This document shows positions 31,284-40,846 of a stretch of DNA of 64,000 nt, piece by piece (the stretch's first letter is position 1; each line of letters opens with the position of its first letter). The DNA lies in the NCBI GenBank assembly GCA_963675665.1, contig OY776510.1, positions 3,584,001 to 3,648,000 of the forward strand. The letters run 5' to 3'. Source of the DNA: Spirochaetia bacterium (GTDB lineage Bacteria > Spirochaetota > Spirochaetia > UBA9216). Both the position numbers and the translations under genes were made by a program. The notes below the pieces were generated by a model that saw only the letters and a list, made by a program, of their open reading frames with translations, did not search any database and was not told where the DNA came from.

Positions 31284-32789
31284 ATGCAGGCTGCGCCTAT
31301 TGATGTTGAGCGCCTTGAAACACTAATCGAGATTAATACTCTAATTAACTCTAATTATACAGATGACAGGGCGCTGCTTACACATATTCTTGAATCAGCA
31401 TCCAGGCTGACTTTCGGAGAGTCTTCATCACTTCTCCTTTTAAATCATGAGACCAACAGACTGTATTTCGAGATATCGCTTGGCCCTAAAGGTCCTGATG
31501 TACAAAAGTTTTCACTTAAAATGGGCGAGGGCATAGCCGGCTGGGTTGCAAAGCATAATACGGGTCTTATTGTAAATGATGTTGACAAGGATGATCGTCA
31601 TCAGAAAATTATCGACTCCAAAACCGGTTATGCAACCAGTTCCATTCTGGCCGCACCAATGCGCATTAAGGACCGCTGTGTTGGCGTAATTGAAATAATA
31701 AACCGAAAAGACAAAAAAAACTTCACCAATGATGATCTGATATGGCTTGAACGTTTTGCTGTTCAGGCTGCTCTTGCCATACAAAATGCAAAATCCTATC
31801 AGCAGCTTCGAAACGAACTTTTTATACTGCAGGATAAAATAAATGAAGATAAAGGGTACCATCCTTTTGTAAGCGGCAGTAAGCTTATAGGTGAAAAACT
31901 TAAACTGGCGGAAAAGATCGCAGCAACTGACTCTTCTGTTCTTATTCTGGGTGAAAGCGGTGTTGGCAAGGAACTTTTCGCTGAACAGATTCACCTTAAA
32001 AGCAAAAGAGCAGACGGCCCGTTTATAAGAGTTAACTGCGCTGCATTACCCGAACATCTGCTTGAAAGTGAATTATTCGGTCATGTCAAAGGTGCATTTA
32101 CAGATGCTACATCAGACAGAAGAGGCCGGTTTGAACTTGCGAACGGCGGTACCATTTTTCTTGATGAAATAGGCGATATGCCATACAATCTCCAAAGCAA
32201 ACTTCTTCGCGTTTTACAGCATATGGTATTTGAAAAAGTTGGTGCCAGCGAGCCTGTAAGTGTTAACGTAAGAGTTCTTGCTGCTACAAATAAAGATATA
32301 GAGAAATCAATCGAGGAGGGTGGTTTCAGAAAAGACCTGTATTACCGTCTTAATGTTCTTCCGTTTTTTATTCCTCCGCTTCGTGAGCGTGTAGAAGACA
32401 TTCCGGTTCTTGCTGATTTCTTTCTGAAAAAGTTTAACAGGGAACTTAAACGGAAAATAAACGGTTTCAGCAATGAAGCAATAGAAGCTCTCATGAGTTA
32501 TTCATGGCCTGGAAATGTCAGGGAGCTTGAGAATGTTATTGAAAGATCTGCTGTAATCTGCGATGATGAGTTTATTAAGCCGCAGCATCTTTTACTGGTA
32601 AGCAGCCTTAATGAAAACAATGAATATGAGAATAAAAATCTTAAAGATGCTTTAAACACTTTTAAGAGATATTTTATCCGCAAAGCTCTTGAGCAGAACA
32701 GCTGGAACCAAACTGAAACATCTGTAAAACTCGGGATACAGCGGACTTATTTATCAAGACTTATTAAAGAGCTTGATATAAAAAACTGA
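31284..32789 (+). CDS. Sigma54-dependent enhancer-binding protein, GAF-AAA+-Fis HTH (NifA/FhlA-like architecture)
   Basis: N-terminal GAF ([20 protein letters not shown]); [50 protein letters not shown]; C-terminal HTH. Confidence 0.93.
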   Translation: MQAAPIDVERLETLIEINTLINSNYTDDRALLTHILESASRLTFGESSSLLLLNHETNRLYFEISLGPKGPDVQKFSLKMGEGIAGWVAKHNTGLIVNDVDKDDRHQKIIDSKTGYATSSILAAPMRIKDRCVGVIEIINRKDKKNFTNDDLIWLERFAVQAALAIQNAKSYQQLRNELFILQDKINEDKGYHPFVSGSKLIGEKLKLAEKIAATDSSVLILGESGVGKELFAEQIHLKSKRADGPFIRVNCAALPEHLLESELFGHVKGAFTDATSDRRGRFELANGGTIFLDEIGDMPYNLQSKLLRVLQHMVFEKVGASEPVSVNVRVLAATNKDIEKSIEEGGFRKDLYYRLNVLPFFIPPLRERVEDIPVLADFFLKKFNRELKRKINGFSNEAIEALMSYSWPGNVRELENVIERSAVICDDEFIKPQHLLLVSSLNENNEYENKNLKDALNTFKRYFIRKALEQNSWNQTETSVKLGIQRTYLSRLIKELDIKN

Positions 32790-32821
32790 GAATTTTTTAC
32801 TTAAAGGAGCCTTCAACACTT

Positions 32822-33508
32822 ATGATTGACAAACGGACTGAATTAAAGGGCAAGGATAAATTTCTTGCCGATTTATCTTCTTTTCTGGAGAAACATAAAT
32901 ACTTTTTATTGATTGCGCTGGCGGTTATTGTCGTCGCCATTATCGTTGTTGCGGTAATCGACTCGGCTGTTGAGAAGAAAGTAAATGTATCGGCCGCACT
33001 TATCGAGCAGGTGCAGAAAGATTATGACGACTGGATTGTTCTTGACGACGAAGATTCAGATAAAGCTCAGAAAAAAAATGATTTGTTGATTTCACTTGAT
33101 TCCATTATTTCTGATTATCCTTCGACATATGCAGAGCAGAGGGCTTATTTTCTGAAAGCCAATATCAGTTTTTCAGAAGAGTCCTGGACTGACGCCGCAT
33201 TATTATTTTCAACCTCCGCAGAGGTTAACCGGGAAAGCTATCTTGCCCCTGTTGCTCTGATGCTTTCAGCTTCGTCACTTGAAAATGCCTCGGATTACCA
33301 GAAAGCTATCGAAATATACAGAGATATTTGTGACAAATACGATAAAATATACCCGGATGTTCCGCATGCCATGCTTTCAATAGCAAGGCTTTATGAACAA
33401 ACCGGTGATATTGCTTCTGCAACTAATTCATACAATGAACTGCTGGATAAATATCCCGGCAGCGGCTGGTCTTCATTTGCCCGCACAAGACTCATAAATC
33501 TTGATTAA
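32822..33508 (+). CDS. Single-pass membrane TPR protein (YfgM-like)
   Basis: N-terminal TM helix followed by TPRs (ISDYPSTYAEQRAYF, AMLSIARLYE). Confidence 0.7.
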   Translation: MIDKRTELKGKDKFLADLSSFLEKHKYFLLIALAVIVVAIIVVAVIDSAVEKKVNVSAALIEQVQKDYDDWIVLDDEDSDKAQKKNDLLISLDSIISDYPSTYAEQRAYFLKANISFSEESWTDAALLFSTSAEVNRESYLAPVALMLSASSLENASDYQKAIEIYRDICDKYDKIYPDVPHAMLSIARLYEQTGDIASATNSYNELLDKYPGSGWSSFARTRLINLD

Positions 33509-33710
33509 TTTAAAGATTCAGAGGTATTTTTAAGCCTTTTTCAGCATATTTCGTTTTTTAACATAAGTTTCTGCTAAAAAGGCTTATATAAAAAAAAACC
33601 TTTTTTTTTCATGTAATTCAGGTGATAATTATAAAAGTATATTTTGATGTTAAAACATCTTTTTGGTGTTAATACGTCTGTCGGCTTTAACCGAAACGGG
33701 AGATTTATAA

Positions 33711-36098
33711 ATGAGCAGGAAAAAACATCGTTTAAAAATTCTGGAAACAAAGTATTTCTGTTTTATTATCGGGGCACTTGTTCTACTTTCATTTTATTTA
33801 ATTTCCAACTATACCGTAATTTTTTCACGGCTAGATAACAGTATGCTCGATACATTATTCAGGTATCGTACCGACAGAATAGAACAGGACATACAGGTAG
33901 GTGTTAGCTATGAAGATTTCAATCCGAATATCTCACCTGATATACTGATTGTCGGAATTGATTTAAAAACCCTTGAACGCCTCGGACGTTTTCCCTTTCC
34001 GAGATGGCGTCATGCTGATTTTCTGAACTCAATTTCTAGAATTCAGAATCAGAATGAACGGGAAAATTCGTTATTTCTTGACCTTCTGTTCGGAGATTCT
34101 ATTGATAACCCTACCTATGACGGCCTGCTGATAGACGCATTCAAGGAACACGGCAAAGTTTTTACTGAAACTTATCTTGATGAATTTCCGCCTCCCGCAG
34201 GCAGTTATGACGAATATTACATACGTCAGCAGATATTATATGACAATTACGGCAAGATTAAATCTGATAAAGTCTCCGGTAACTGGCAGGATCTGCCCGC
34301 GTTCTATGGTATACAGCCTCCGCTTGCACCTTATGGTAAGGCAGCTTACGGATATGGCCATGCCAACTTCAAGGAAGATCATGATGATGTATACCGTCGA
34401 CAACCGCTTTTAGGCAAATCAAGCAAACTGGTCGATACACTACGCCTCGATGAACTGACTGTGGATTATCCTGTCGATGAAACTTCTTTTGAACGCCTGG
34501 TCTGGACTGATCGTATCGGAATCAAGCATAATATTGAATATCCGTTAACAGATTCTGTAATTCAAAAAGTCAAAAATATGATGGAGAATGATGCTCCTCT
34601 TAAAACTGCTGATACAAATGAGGACGGTGAACCGGATGATTCTTATTATATAATTGAAAAATACATGGACAACCTTGTCCCTTCTATAACGCTTTCTCTG
34701 GCATGTAATTATCTTAATAAAAAACTTTCGGACCTTGTTATCGTTATTGGTGAATATATTCTCATCTCAAACCCTGAAAAATTTAATACAGAAACAGGGG
34801 AGTGGGAACCGTATCGAATTATTGACTCTCCGGCAGAAATTGATGATGAAGGAAATTTAATTTCGGAAGAAATAAGCCATCCTGTTCCGGAAATCAGAAT
34901 TCCTATTGATGACGAATGTGAAATGCTCATCAATTTTATGGGTTATCCTTCATTTGCCGCTTCCGGAGAAAAACAGACATATCCCGTCAGATCATATGCT
35001 GGTTATGCAATGAATCCGCCAGCCAAAGATTCAAGATGGCCTCCGACAAAAGCTCTGGGTAATAAAATTGTAATGGTAGGAGCCTTTACAAAAGGTATGG
35101 CTGCAGATCAGAAACCGACCCCTTACGGCCTTATGTTTGGAGTTGAAGTTCATGCAAATGCACTTAACACCATACTCATGAATAATTTCCTTACTGCAGC
35201 ACCGGTATGGCTGGATTTTCTTATTCTTACAGTTTTTATTTTTCTTATTGCTTTTCTTGCGTCCCGTTTTTCAACATTGCCTTCATTATTTATTTCTTTG
35301 ATAATGATACTTCTGATATTCTTCGGTTCAAGTTATATTTTTGATAACTACGACTATATAATCTCTTTCTTTGAGCCTGCTATTGCTATTGTTGTTACAT
35401 TTTTACTAATAATAGCATATCGCGCAATGACTGAAGAACGTGACAAACGAAAAATAAAGGGAATGTTCGGGACTTATCTCAGTCCGAAAGTAGTTGAACA
35501 GATTATAGATAATCCGCCAGAGCTGGGTGGGGTTGATAAAAACCTATCAGTATTCTTTTCCGATATACGGGGGTTCACTACTTTGTCCGAATCAATGCCG
35601 CCTCAAGAACTTGTACAACTCCTCAACAAATATCTTACGGCAATGACTGATATTATTCTTGAATATGAAGGAACACTTGATAAATATGAAGGCGACGCAA
35701 TCATGTGTTTCTGGGGTGCGCCGCTGCCTCAGGAAGATCATGCCTACAGAGCCTGCTGTTCTGCTGTAAAACAGATTGAAGCCCTTAAAGAACTTAATAC
35801 TACGCTTCCTCCGGAAAAACAGATAAATATTGGAATCGGTATTAATTCAGGAATTATGACTGTAGGCAATATGGGTTCAACACAGCGTATGGATTATACC
35901 CTGATAGGCGACAATGTAAACCTTGGTGCACGCCTTGAAGGAACCAATAAACAATATAGAACAAATATAATAATAAGCGAAAATACTTACGGCCTTGTTA
36001 AAGATAAAGTTATTGCACGTGAACTTGACAATATCAGGGTAAAAGGTAAGAATAAGCCCGTGTTGATTTATGAGCTTATTGATATTGTTGAACAATAA
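33711..36098 (+). CDS. CHASE2-domain class III adenylate cyclase
   Basis: TM-CHASE2 (ILIVGID..LGRFPFPR, MFGVEVHANAL)-3TM-cyclase (FSDIRGFT, DKYEGDAIM with adenine-specifying Lys, YTLIGDNVNLGARLE). Confidence 0.93.
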   Translation: MSRKKHRLKILETKYFCFIIGALVLLSFYLISNYTVIFSRLDNSMLDTLFRYRTDRIEQDIQVGVSYEDFNPNISPDILIVGIDLKTLERLGRFPFPRWRHADFLNSISRIQNQNERENSLFLDLLFGDSIDNPTYDGLLIDAFKEHGKVFTETYLDEFPPPAGSYDEYYIRQQILYDNYGKIKSDKVSGNWQDLPAFYGIQPPLAPYGKAAYGYGHANFKEDHDDVYRRQPLLGKSSKLVDTLRLDELTVDYPVDETSFERLVWTDRIGIKHNIEYPLTDSVIQKVKNMMENDAPLKTADTNEDGEPDDSYYIIEKYMDNLVPSITLSLACNYLNKKLSDLVIVIGEYILISNPEKFNTETGEWEPYRIIDSPAEIDDEGNLISEEISHPVPEIRIPIDDECEMLINFMGYPSFAASGEKQTYPVRSYAGYAMNPPAKDSRWPPTKALGNKIVMVGAFTKGMAADQKPTPYGLMFGVEVHANALNTILMNNFLTAAPVWLDFLILTVFIFLIAFLASRFSTLPSLFISLIMILLIFFGSSYIFDNYDYIISFFEPAIAIVVTFLLIIAYRAMTEERDKRKIKGMFGTYLSPKVVEQIIDNPPELGGVDKNLSVFFSDIRGFTTLSESMPPQELVQLLNKYLTAMTDIILEYEGTLDKYEGDAIMCFWGAPLPQEDHAYRACCSAVKQIEALKELNTTLPPEKQINIGIGINSGIMTVGNMGSTQRMDYTLIGDNVNLGARLEGTNKQYRTNIIISENTYGLVKDKVIARELDNIRVKGKNKPVLIYELIDIVEQ

Positions 36099-36912
36099 AA
36101 TTAATTTTATAGCCGTTTTCAGGAAAAACGGCTATATCATTTTCATTTTTTTTATCGCTTTCTTTTCGTTTTTAATAGGGTCATGCGGACTTCCTACGTA
36201 TCCTTATCTCTATGCACCAGAGATTGCAGAGACCCGTACAAATCCTGAAAATAATGATTATGACCTTATTTTCAACAATGCTTCTGATAATAATACCAAT
36301 ATCTTCAGCGGTTATGAGGTTTATTATAAAATTTACGATCCGCTCGATTCCGCTACAGCAGGAGCTGCAACAGAATATATTACAGACAGAAATAATATTA
36401 CCGCTATTACCGGAGCAAACAGAAACACCTTAATTTCAAAAGATTTTAACAGGCTTTTTTTCACAACAACCATCGATGATACTTCGTTCCTGCATAACGA
36501 ATCTTTTCCTTCATTTCAGATTACACAATCTTTGCTTGATGAAGAATTTAAGATAAGGCTTCTTATGCAGCAGGGGCTTTCAGCAGGACAATCATTTTTT
36601 GCTGCTGTTTGGGGTAACAGTTCATTGAGTTTTCCGGAAACTCAATATTTTTACCGTTGGGTTTATAATGAATTCGAACATACATCAAAACGTAAATTTT
36701 TTAATAATGATGATTTTAATATTTATGATAATGATCTGCCTGATTCAATTGATTATTCAAGCCTGGAAGAATCATTGACCGGTGATTATTATCTTTATAT
36801 TACATTTTATATTTTTTCATATGGAAGAGATCCTGATGATATTACCAAGTCAGTATACAGTTCACCTGTATATCTCGGTACTCTTAAATTTGATTGTATC
36901 TTTGAAAACTGA
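36070..36912 (+). CDS. Putative lipoprotein (start uncertain)
   Basis: Hydrophobic stretch ending LIGS-C-GLP (spirochaetal lipobox); FSGYEVYYKIY motif. Confidence 0.65.
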   Translation: MSLLILLNNKINFIAVFRKNGYIIFIFFIAFFSFLIGSCGLPTYPYLYAPEIAETRTNPENNDYDLIFNNASDNNTNIFSGYEVYYKIYDPLDSATAGAATEYITDRNNITAITGANRNTLISKDFNRLFFTTTIDDTSFLHNESFPSFQITQSLLDEEFKIRLLMQQGLSAGQSFFAAVWGNSSLSFPETQYFYRWVYNEFEHTSKRKFFNNDDFNIYDNDLPDSIDYSSLEESLTGDYYLYITFYIFSYGRDPDDITKSVYSSPVYLGTLKFDCIFEN

Positions 36913-36987
36913 TTTTACTGTTTTTACTATATACTATTCTATTATAATATTTAAGATTTTTTTTAGCTTGATGGGGAGTATCAATGT

Positions 36988-37284
36988 ATGAGTTTTTACA
37001 TCATTAATCTTTTATTAACCTATATTCTTATAGGTGTTGTTTTTTCAACTTTATTTTTCTTTTTAATTAAAAAGGACAATACACTTTTAAAATATTTCTT
37101 TTGTCTTCTTTTCGGTATAATAGGCTCATTTCTTGGAGTATTCTTCGGTTCAATAATACATTTTGATCCTTTAAAATATATATATTTCTTTAAGGAGATT
37201 TTTACAACCGGAATATTCTGGCCGTCTGTTTTTTCATTTATTGTTCTTTTTCTTTATACTAAGTCTTTTGAAGATAAAAGATAA
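36988..37284 (+). CDS. Small membrane protein (GlsB/YeaQ-like glycine-zipper helices)
   Basis: SD GGGGAG; 3 hydrophobic segments; FGIIGSFLG. Confidence 0.6.
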   Translation: MSFYIINLLLTYILIGVVFSTLFFFLIKKDNTLLKYFFCLLFGIIGSFLGVFFGSIIHFDPLKYIYFFKEIFTTGIFWPSVFSFIVLFLYTKSFEDKR

Positions 37285-37504
37285 CTGTTTTTAACTGAAT
37301 CTTTGCCCTTCCACGACTTCCGATAATGTATATTCTGTCTACTTATAATATTATATCTAATAACTATTTTGCGTTTTACGTTTTTTAACACACAATAATT
37401 TACTTTAGAATGTATAAATAAATATACATATTCTTGCTCTTTATTATATCTTTCAGTCCCCTGCTATCTATAATCTTTATTTTATCTGTGTTATTATTAT
37501 TTGT

Positions 37505-38305
37505 ATGAATAATTATACACCATTAGAATCATTTGAACATTTATATCAGATTATCAAGAAATTACGATCTCCTGAAGGTTGTCCATGGGACAGACAACAA
37601 ACCCCTGACAGTATTAAAGAAAATATTATTGAAGAAGCGTATGAATGTTTTGATGCTATAATTGAAAATGATCATCAACATATCTGTGAAGAAATCGGCG
37701 ATATCTATTTACTTGCTACTTTCGAAGCTGTTATGTTTGAAGAACAGAACTTGTTTACGATTAACGATGTTTTTGAAGGAATCTGTAGAAAACTGATAAG
37801 ACGGCACCCTCATGTTTTTTCTGATGACAGTTCGGCAGACACTCCAGAGAAAGTTATCCATCAATGGGAAGATATCAAGGATAATATTGAGGGACGGATT
37901 AAAAATAAAAGTGTCCTCGACTCCGTGCCAAAGCATTTCCCTCCCCTTTTAAAAGCCCTTAAAATACAGAAAAAAGCCGCCAAGGAAAACTTTGACTGGA
38001 CTAAAATTGAAGATGTAATAAACAAGCTTGATGAAGAGATTTTAGAATTCAAGACAGCTTTAATTGATAATCAACAAAAAGATATTGAAGAAGAATTTGG
38101 TGACATTCTTTTTTCTCTGGTAAACATTGCCCGTTTTTTATCTATTGATCCGTCTACAGCCCTGACCCGTACCAATAATAAATTTATAGAACGATTTAAA
38201 TATATTGAAAAGACAATAAAAGACCGCGGACTTTCAATGAAAGACACGAATCTTGAAGAACTTGATTCCCTCTGGAAAGAGTCAAAAACAAACGCAGCCG
38301 AATAG
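37505..38305 (+). CDS. mazG: Nucleoside triphosphate pyrophosphohydrolase MazG (tandem-domain)
   Basis: LRSPEGCPWDRQQT, EEAYE, EEIGD, KLIRRHPHVF, FDW, EEEFGD, KFIERF. Confidence 0.96.
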   Translation: MNNYTPLESFEHLYQIIKKLRSPEGCPWDRQQTPDSIKENIIEEAYECFDAIIENDHQHICEEIGDIYLLATFEAVMFEEQNLFTINDVFEGICRKLIRRHPHVFSDDSSADTPEKVIHQWEDIKDNIEGRIKNKSVLDSVPKHFPPLLKALKIQKKAAKENFDWTKIEDVINKLDEEILEFKTALIDNQQKDIEEEFGDILFSLVNIARFLSIDPSTALTRTNNKFIERFKYIEKTIKDRGLSMKDTNLEELDSLWKESKTNAAE

Positions 38306-38331
38306 CTATCCTGATATAACCAAGCAGCTGT

Positions 38332-40830
38332 TTAGTCATAACACAGAAAATAATCATTCCTAATATCATCTGACATTGTGCAAACTGTTGCCTTTCTAGT
38401 TACAGCGTAATTATCAAACGGGTATTCTTCGCCATATTCGTCTTTTAGGAATTTAAATAAGTTTAAAATATTTCCACTTTCCGTTTTCCAGGTTTTTAAA
38501 TTTAATATATTGTTTTTTTCTGAATCTCTTTCAATGTTAACACCGCTTTTATTTTCAAGATTCGCATAAAGTTTTTCAGCCGTAAAACTGTTAGAACAAG
38601 TTATTTTATAAATTCCGCCGTTATATGTAGACATAAGAGACGGAACTTTCTTCCCGGTAGCTTCACAAAGTATTGATTTTATTAACTTTGCTTTTGTCAC
38701 TTTAATGCCCGAAGGAAGTGCTTTATTTAATTTTTCTATAAAGTAATTTCCCAAGTCATCTATACATATTTTTTCGTCTTCCAGTATTTCAATTGATGCG
38801 ATTTCATCCTCCGATTCAAAACCAAGCGTTATGGGATTCGCAAATTCAAGTTTAGGTTTGGGATTGAAGCCCGTAGTATAATTTAAATCTACACCGGCTC
38901 TGATAAAAGCCCTTTCAAAAACATTCATCACATTTATATGAGACAAAAAAGCCGCCTTTCCCTTTTTTATAAATGAGAAAAGTATCTTCTGTTTTACCGA
39001 CCTCACTTCCGTGTCATCGCCCTTCTTCACCTCGAATTCTTTTAATATTTTTTCTATTTCCTTATCATTTTCATTTTTGAATATGCTATTCCCGTTCCCA
39101 CATGCTCCGCATAAATGTTCACAATCGTTACTGCATGCTGAAGTCATTTCACCGCTAAAAGCTTTTTCGTACTCTTCTTTTAAAAAAGCCATTCCGACAT
39201 TAAGGTTTACATCGTCCCACGGCAGTTTCGTTTCATAATATTTATTGGAACAAATATCATTCTCAATATCAATACCTGATTCCTCAATAGCAGTTCTCCA
39301 AACATCCCTCTTGAAATATTCTTCCCAAGCATCCAGTCCCGCTCCCTTTTTATAGGCATTTAAAATCAGTTTTCCGGCTTTCTCATCGCCTCTGCTGATT
39401 ATTCCTTCAATTAGAGACATAAACGGGGATTGGTATCCTACTTTAAAAAACTTATCCGGCAGGGCTCTTTTAATTTTAATTATTTTTTCGTACGCTTTTT
39501 CTTCAACTAGCTGGAATGACCATTGAAACGGGGTATGCGGTTTTGGTATAAACGTACCTATATTTATATTTAACTGCATTTTTGTTTCCCGTCCGACTTT
39601 CCTGAGAAAATTTATAATTTCATCTGTTTCATCTTCATTTTCAAAAAATGGAAGTCCTAGCATGAAATAAAATTTTGCTTTATTCCACCCCATTTTCTTT
39701 GCTTCCTTAAGTATTTCAATAATTCGGTCGACCGGAGCTTCCTTGTTCAAACCACGTTGATGTTTAATGTCGGGCGTCTCCACAGCGAACGTCAACCCGC
39801 TTTTTCTTACCTTTGATATTTCACTTATTAACGGCAGTGTAAAACTGTTAACCCTTATCGACGGGAATGAAAAAGATATTTTCTTTCCGCTGTACTTTTT
39901 ATTTAATATTTTTATAAGTTCAGCTATATGGCTGTAATCTCCGCTTGACAATGATGAAAGAGTTATTTCACGATAGCCGCAATTTTTAATTATCGAATCA
40001 ACTTCTTCTACCACCGTCTCAATATTCTTCTCTCTGAAAGGCCTGTAAAATATTCCGGCATGACAAAACCGACAACCGTTTGGACAGCCTCGCATTATCT
40101 CAACAACACCATGGTCCTGGACAGTAGCAATTGACGGAACAATCAACTTTTGTTCTTTTTTGCTTAATGAGAACCCGTTCCAAACAGCCTTCTTTACATT
40201 TTCATTCTTATTTTTGGCCCAAAAGTATTTTGATTTTTTAATCTCTTCAAGAAGATCTTCCCTGCTGCCGCCGGCAGATTTTATCCTGCTGTATTTTTCA
40301 ATCTCTTCGTTAAAATATTCTTCGGCTTCACCAATGTATACCGCATCTATAAAATCACCGAACGGTAATGGATTGGTTATTGCCGGCCCTCCTGCTATTA
40401 CTATTGGTGCATTTTTGCTGCGTTCAGTATTTTCCAGTTCAATTTTACTTAAATCGAGTATTTTTAAAATATTTGTAGCTGATAATTCATATCCGACTGT
40501 AAATGCAAGAATGTCATGTTCTTTTACATATTTTCCGGTTTCCAGAGTATACAACGGTATGTTTTTCTCTACTAATATTTTTTCAAAATCAGGAGCCGGG
40601 CAAAAAACCCTTTCACAGGAAACAGATGTCTCAAAATTTATTGTTTCATACAGGATCTTTACTGCCTGATTGGACATCCCTATTTCATAAAGATCGGGAA
40701 AACACAGCGCTACACTGAAAGAAGCTCCCGGTTTTTCCATAATGCCGAATTCTCCCCCTACATATCTTCCGGGTATTTTAACTCTCAGCAGCTCTTTTCG
40801 CAGATCGATCTCTGGTTTTATATTTATCAT
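38332..40830 (-). CDS. B12-binding radical SAM protein (TIGR03960-like) fused to DUF2344/TIGR03936-like domain
   Basis: FPDLYEIGMSN, EIMRGCPNGCRFC, TFIPKPHTPFQW, Cys cluster C..C...CGACG, then FLSH..FERAF.RAG...GFNPKPKLEF. Confidence 0.88.
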   Translation of the reverse strand: MINIKPEIDLRKELLRVKIPGRYVGGEFGIMEKPGASFSVALCFPDLYEIGMSNQAVKILYETINFETSVSCERVFCPAPDFEKILVEKNIPLYTLETGKYVKEHDILAFTVGYELSATNILKILDLSKIELENTERSKNAPIVIAGGPAITNPLPFGDFIDAVYIGEAEEYFNEEIEKYSRIKSAGGSREDLLEEIKKSKYFWAKNKNENVKKAVWNGFSLSKKEQKLIVPSIATVQDHGVVEIMRGCPNGCRFCHAGIFYRPFREKNIETVVEEVDSIIKNCGYREITLSSLSSGDYSHIAELIKILNKKYSGKKISFSFPSIRVNSFTLPLISEISKVRKSGLTFAVETPDIKHQRGLNKEAPVDRIIEILKEAKKMGWNKAKFYFMLGLPFFENEDETDEIINFLRKVGRETKMQLNINIGTFIPKPHTPFQWSFQLVEEKAYEKIIKIKRALPDKFFKVGYQSPFMSLIEGIISRGDEKAGKLILNAYKKGAGLDAWEEYFKRDVWRTAIEESGIDIENDICSNKYYETKLPWDDVNLNVGMAFLKEEYEKAFSGEMTSACSNDCEHLCGACGNGNSIFKNENDKEIEKILKEFEVKKGDDTEVRSVKQKILFSFIKKGKAAFLSHINVMNVFERAFIRAGVDLNYTTGFNPKPKLEFANPITLGFESEDEIASIEILEDEKICIDDLGNYFIEKLNKALPSGIKVTKAKLIKSILCEATGKKVPSLMSTYNGGIYKITCSNSFTAEKLYANLENKSGVNIERDSEKNNILNLKTWKTESGNILNLFKFLKDEYGEEYPFDNYAVTRKATVCTMSDDIRNDYFLCYD

Positions 40831-40846
40831 AGCGTAAAAAAATATC

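Noticed and set aside
33644-33838. 64-aa ORF overlapping the adenylate cyclase start as a leader peptide
   Set aside because: TTG start without an SD, out-of-frame overlap with the cyclase, and no regulatory codon pattern
37505-38305. mazG as part of a toxin-antitoxin or anti-phage system
   Set aside because: It is the full-length tandem-domain housekeeping type, with no mazEF or defence genes nearby
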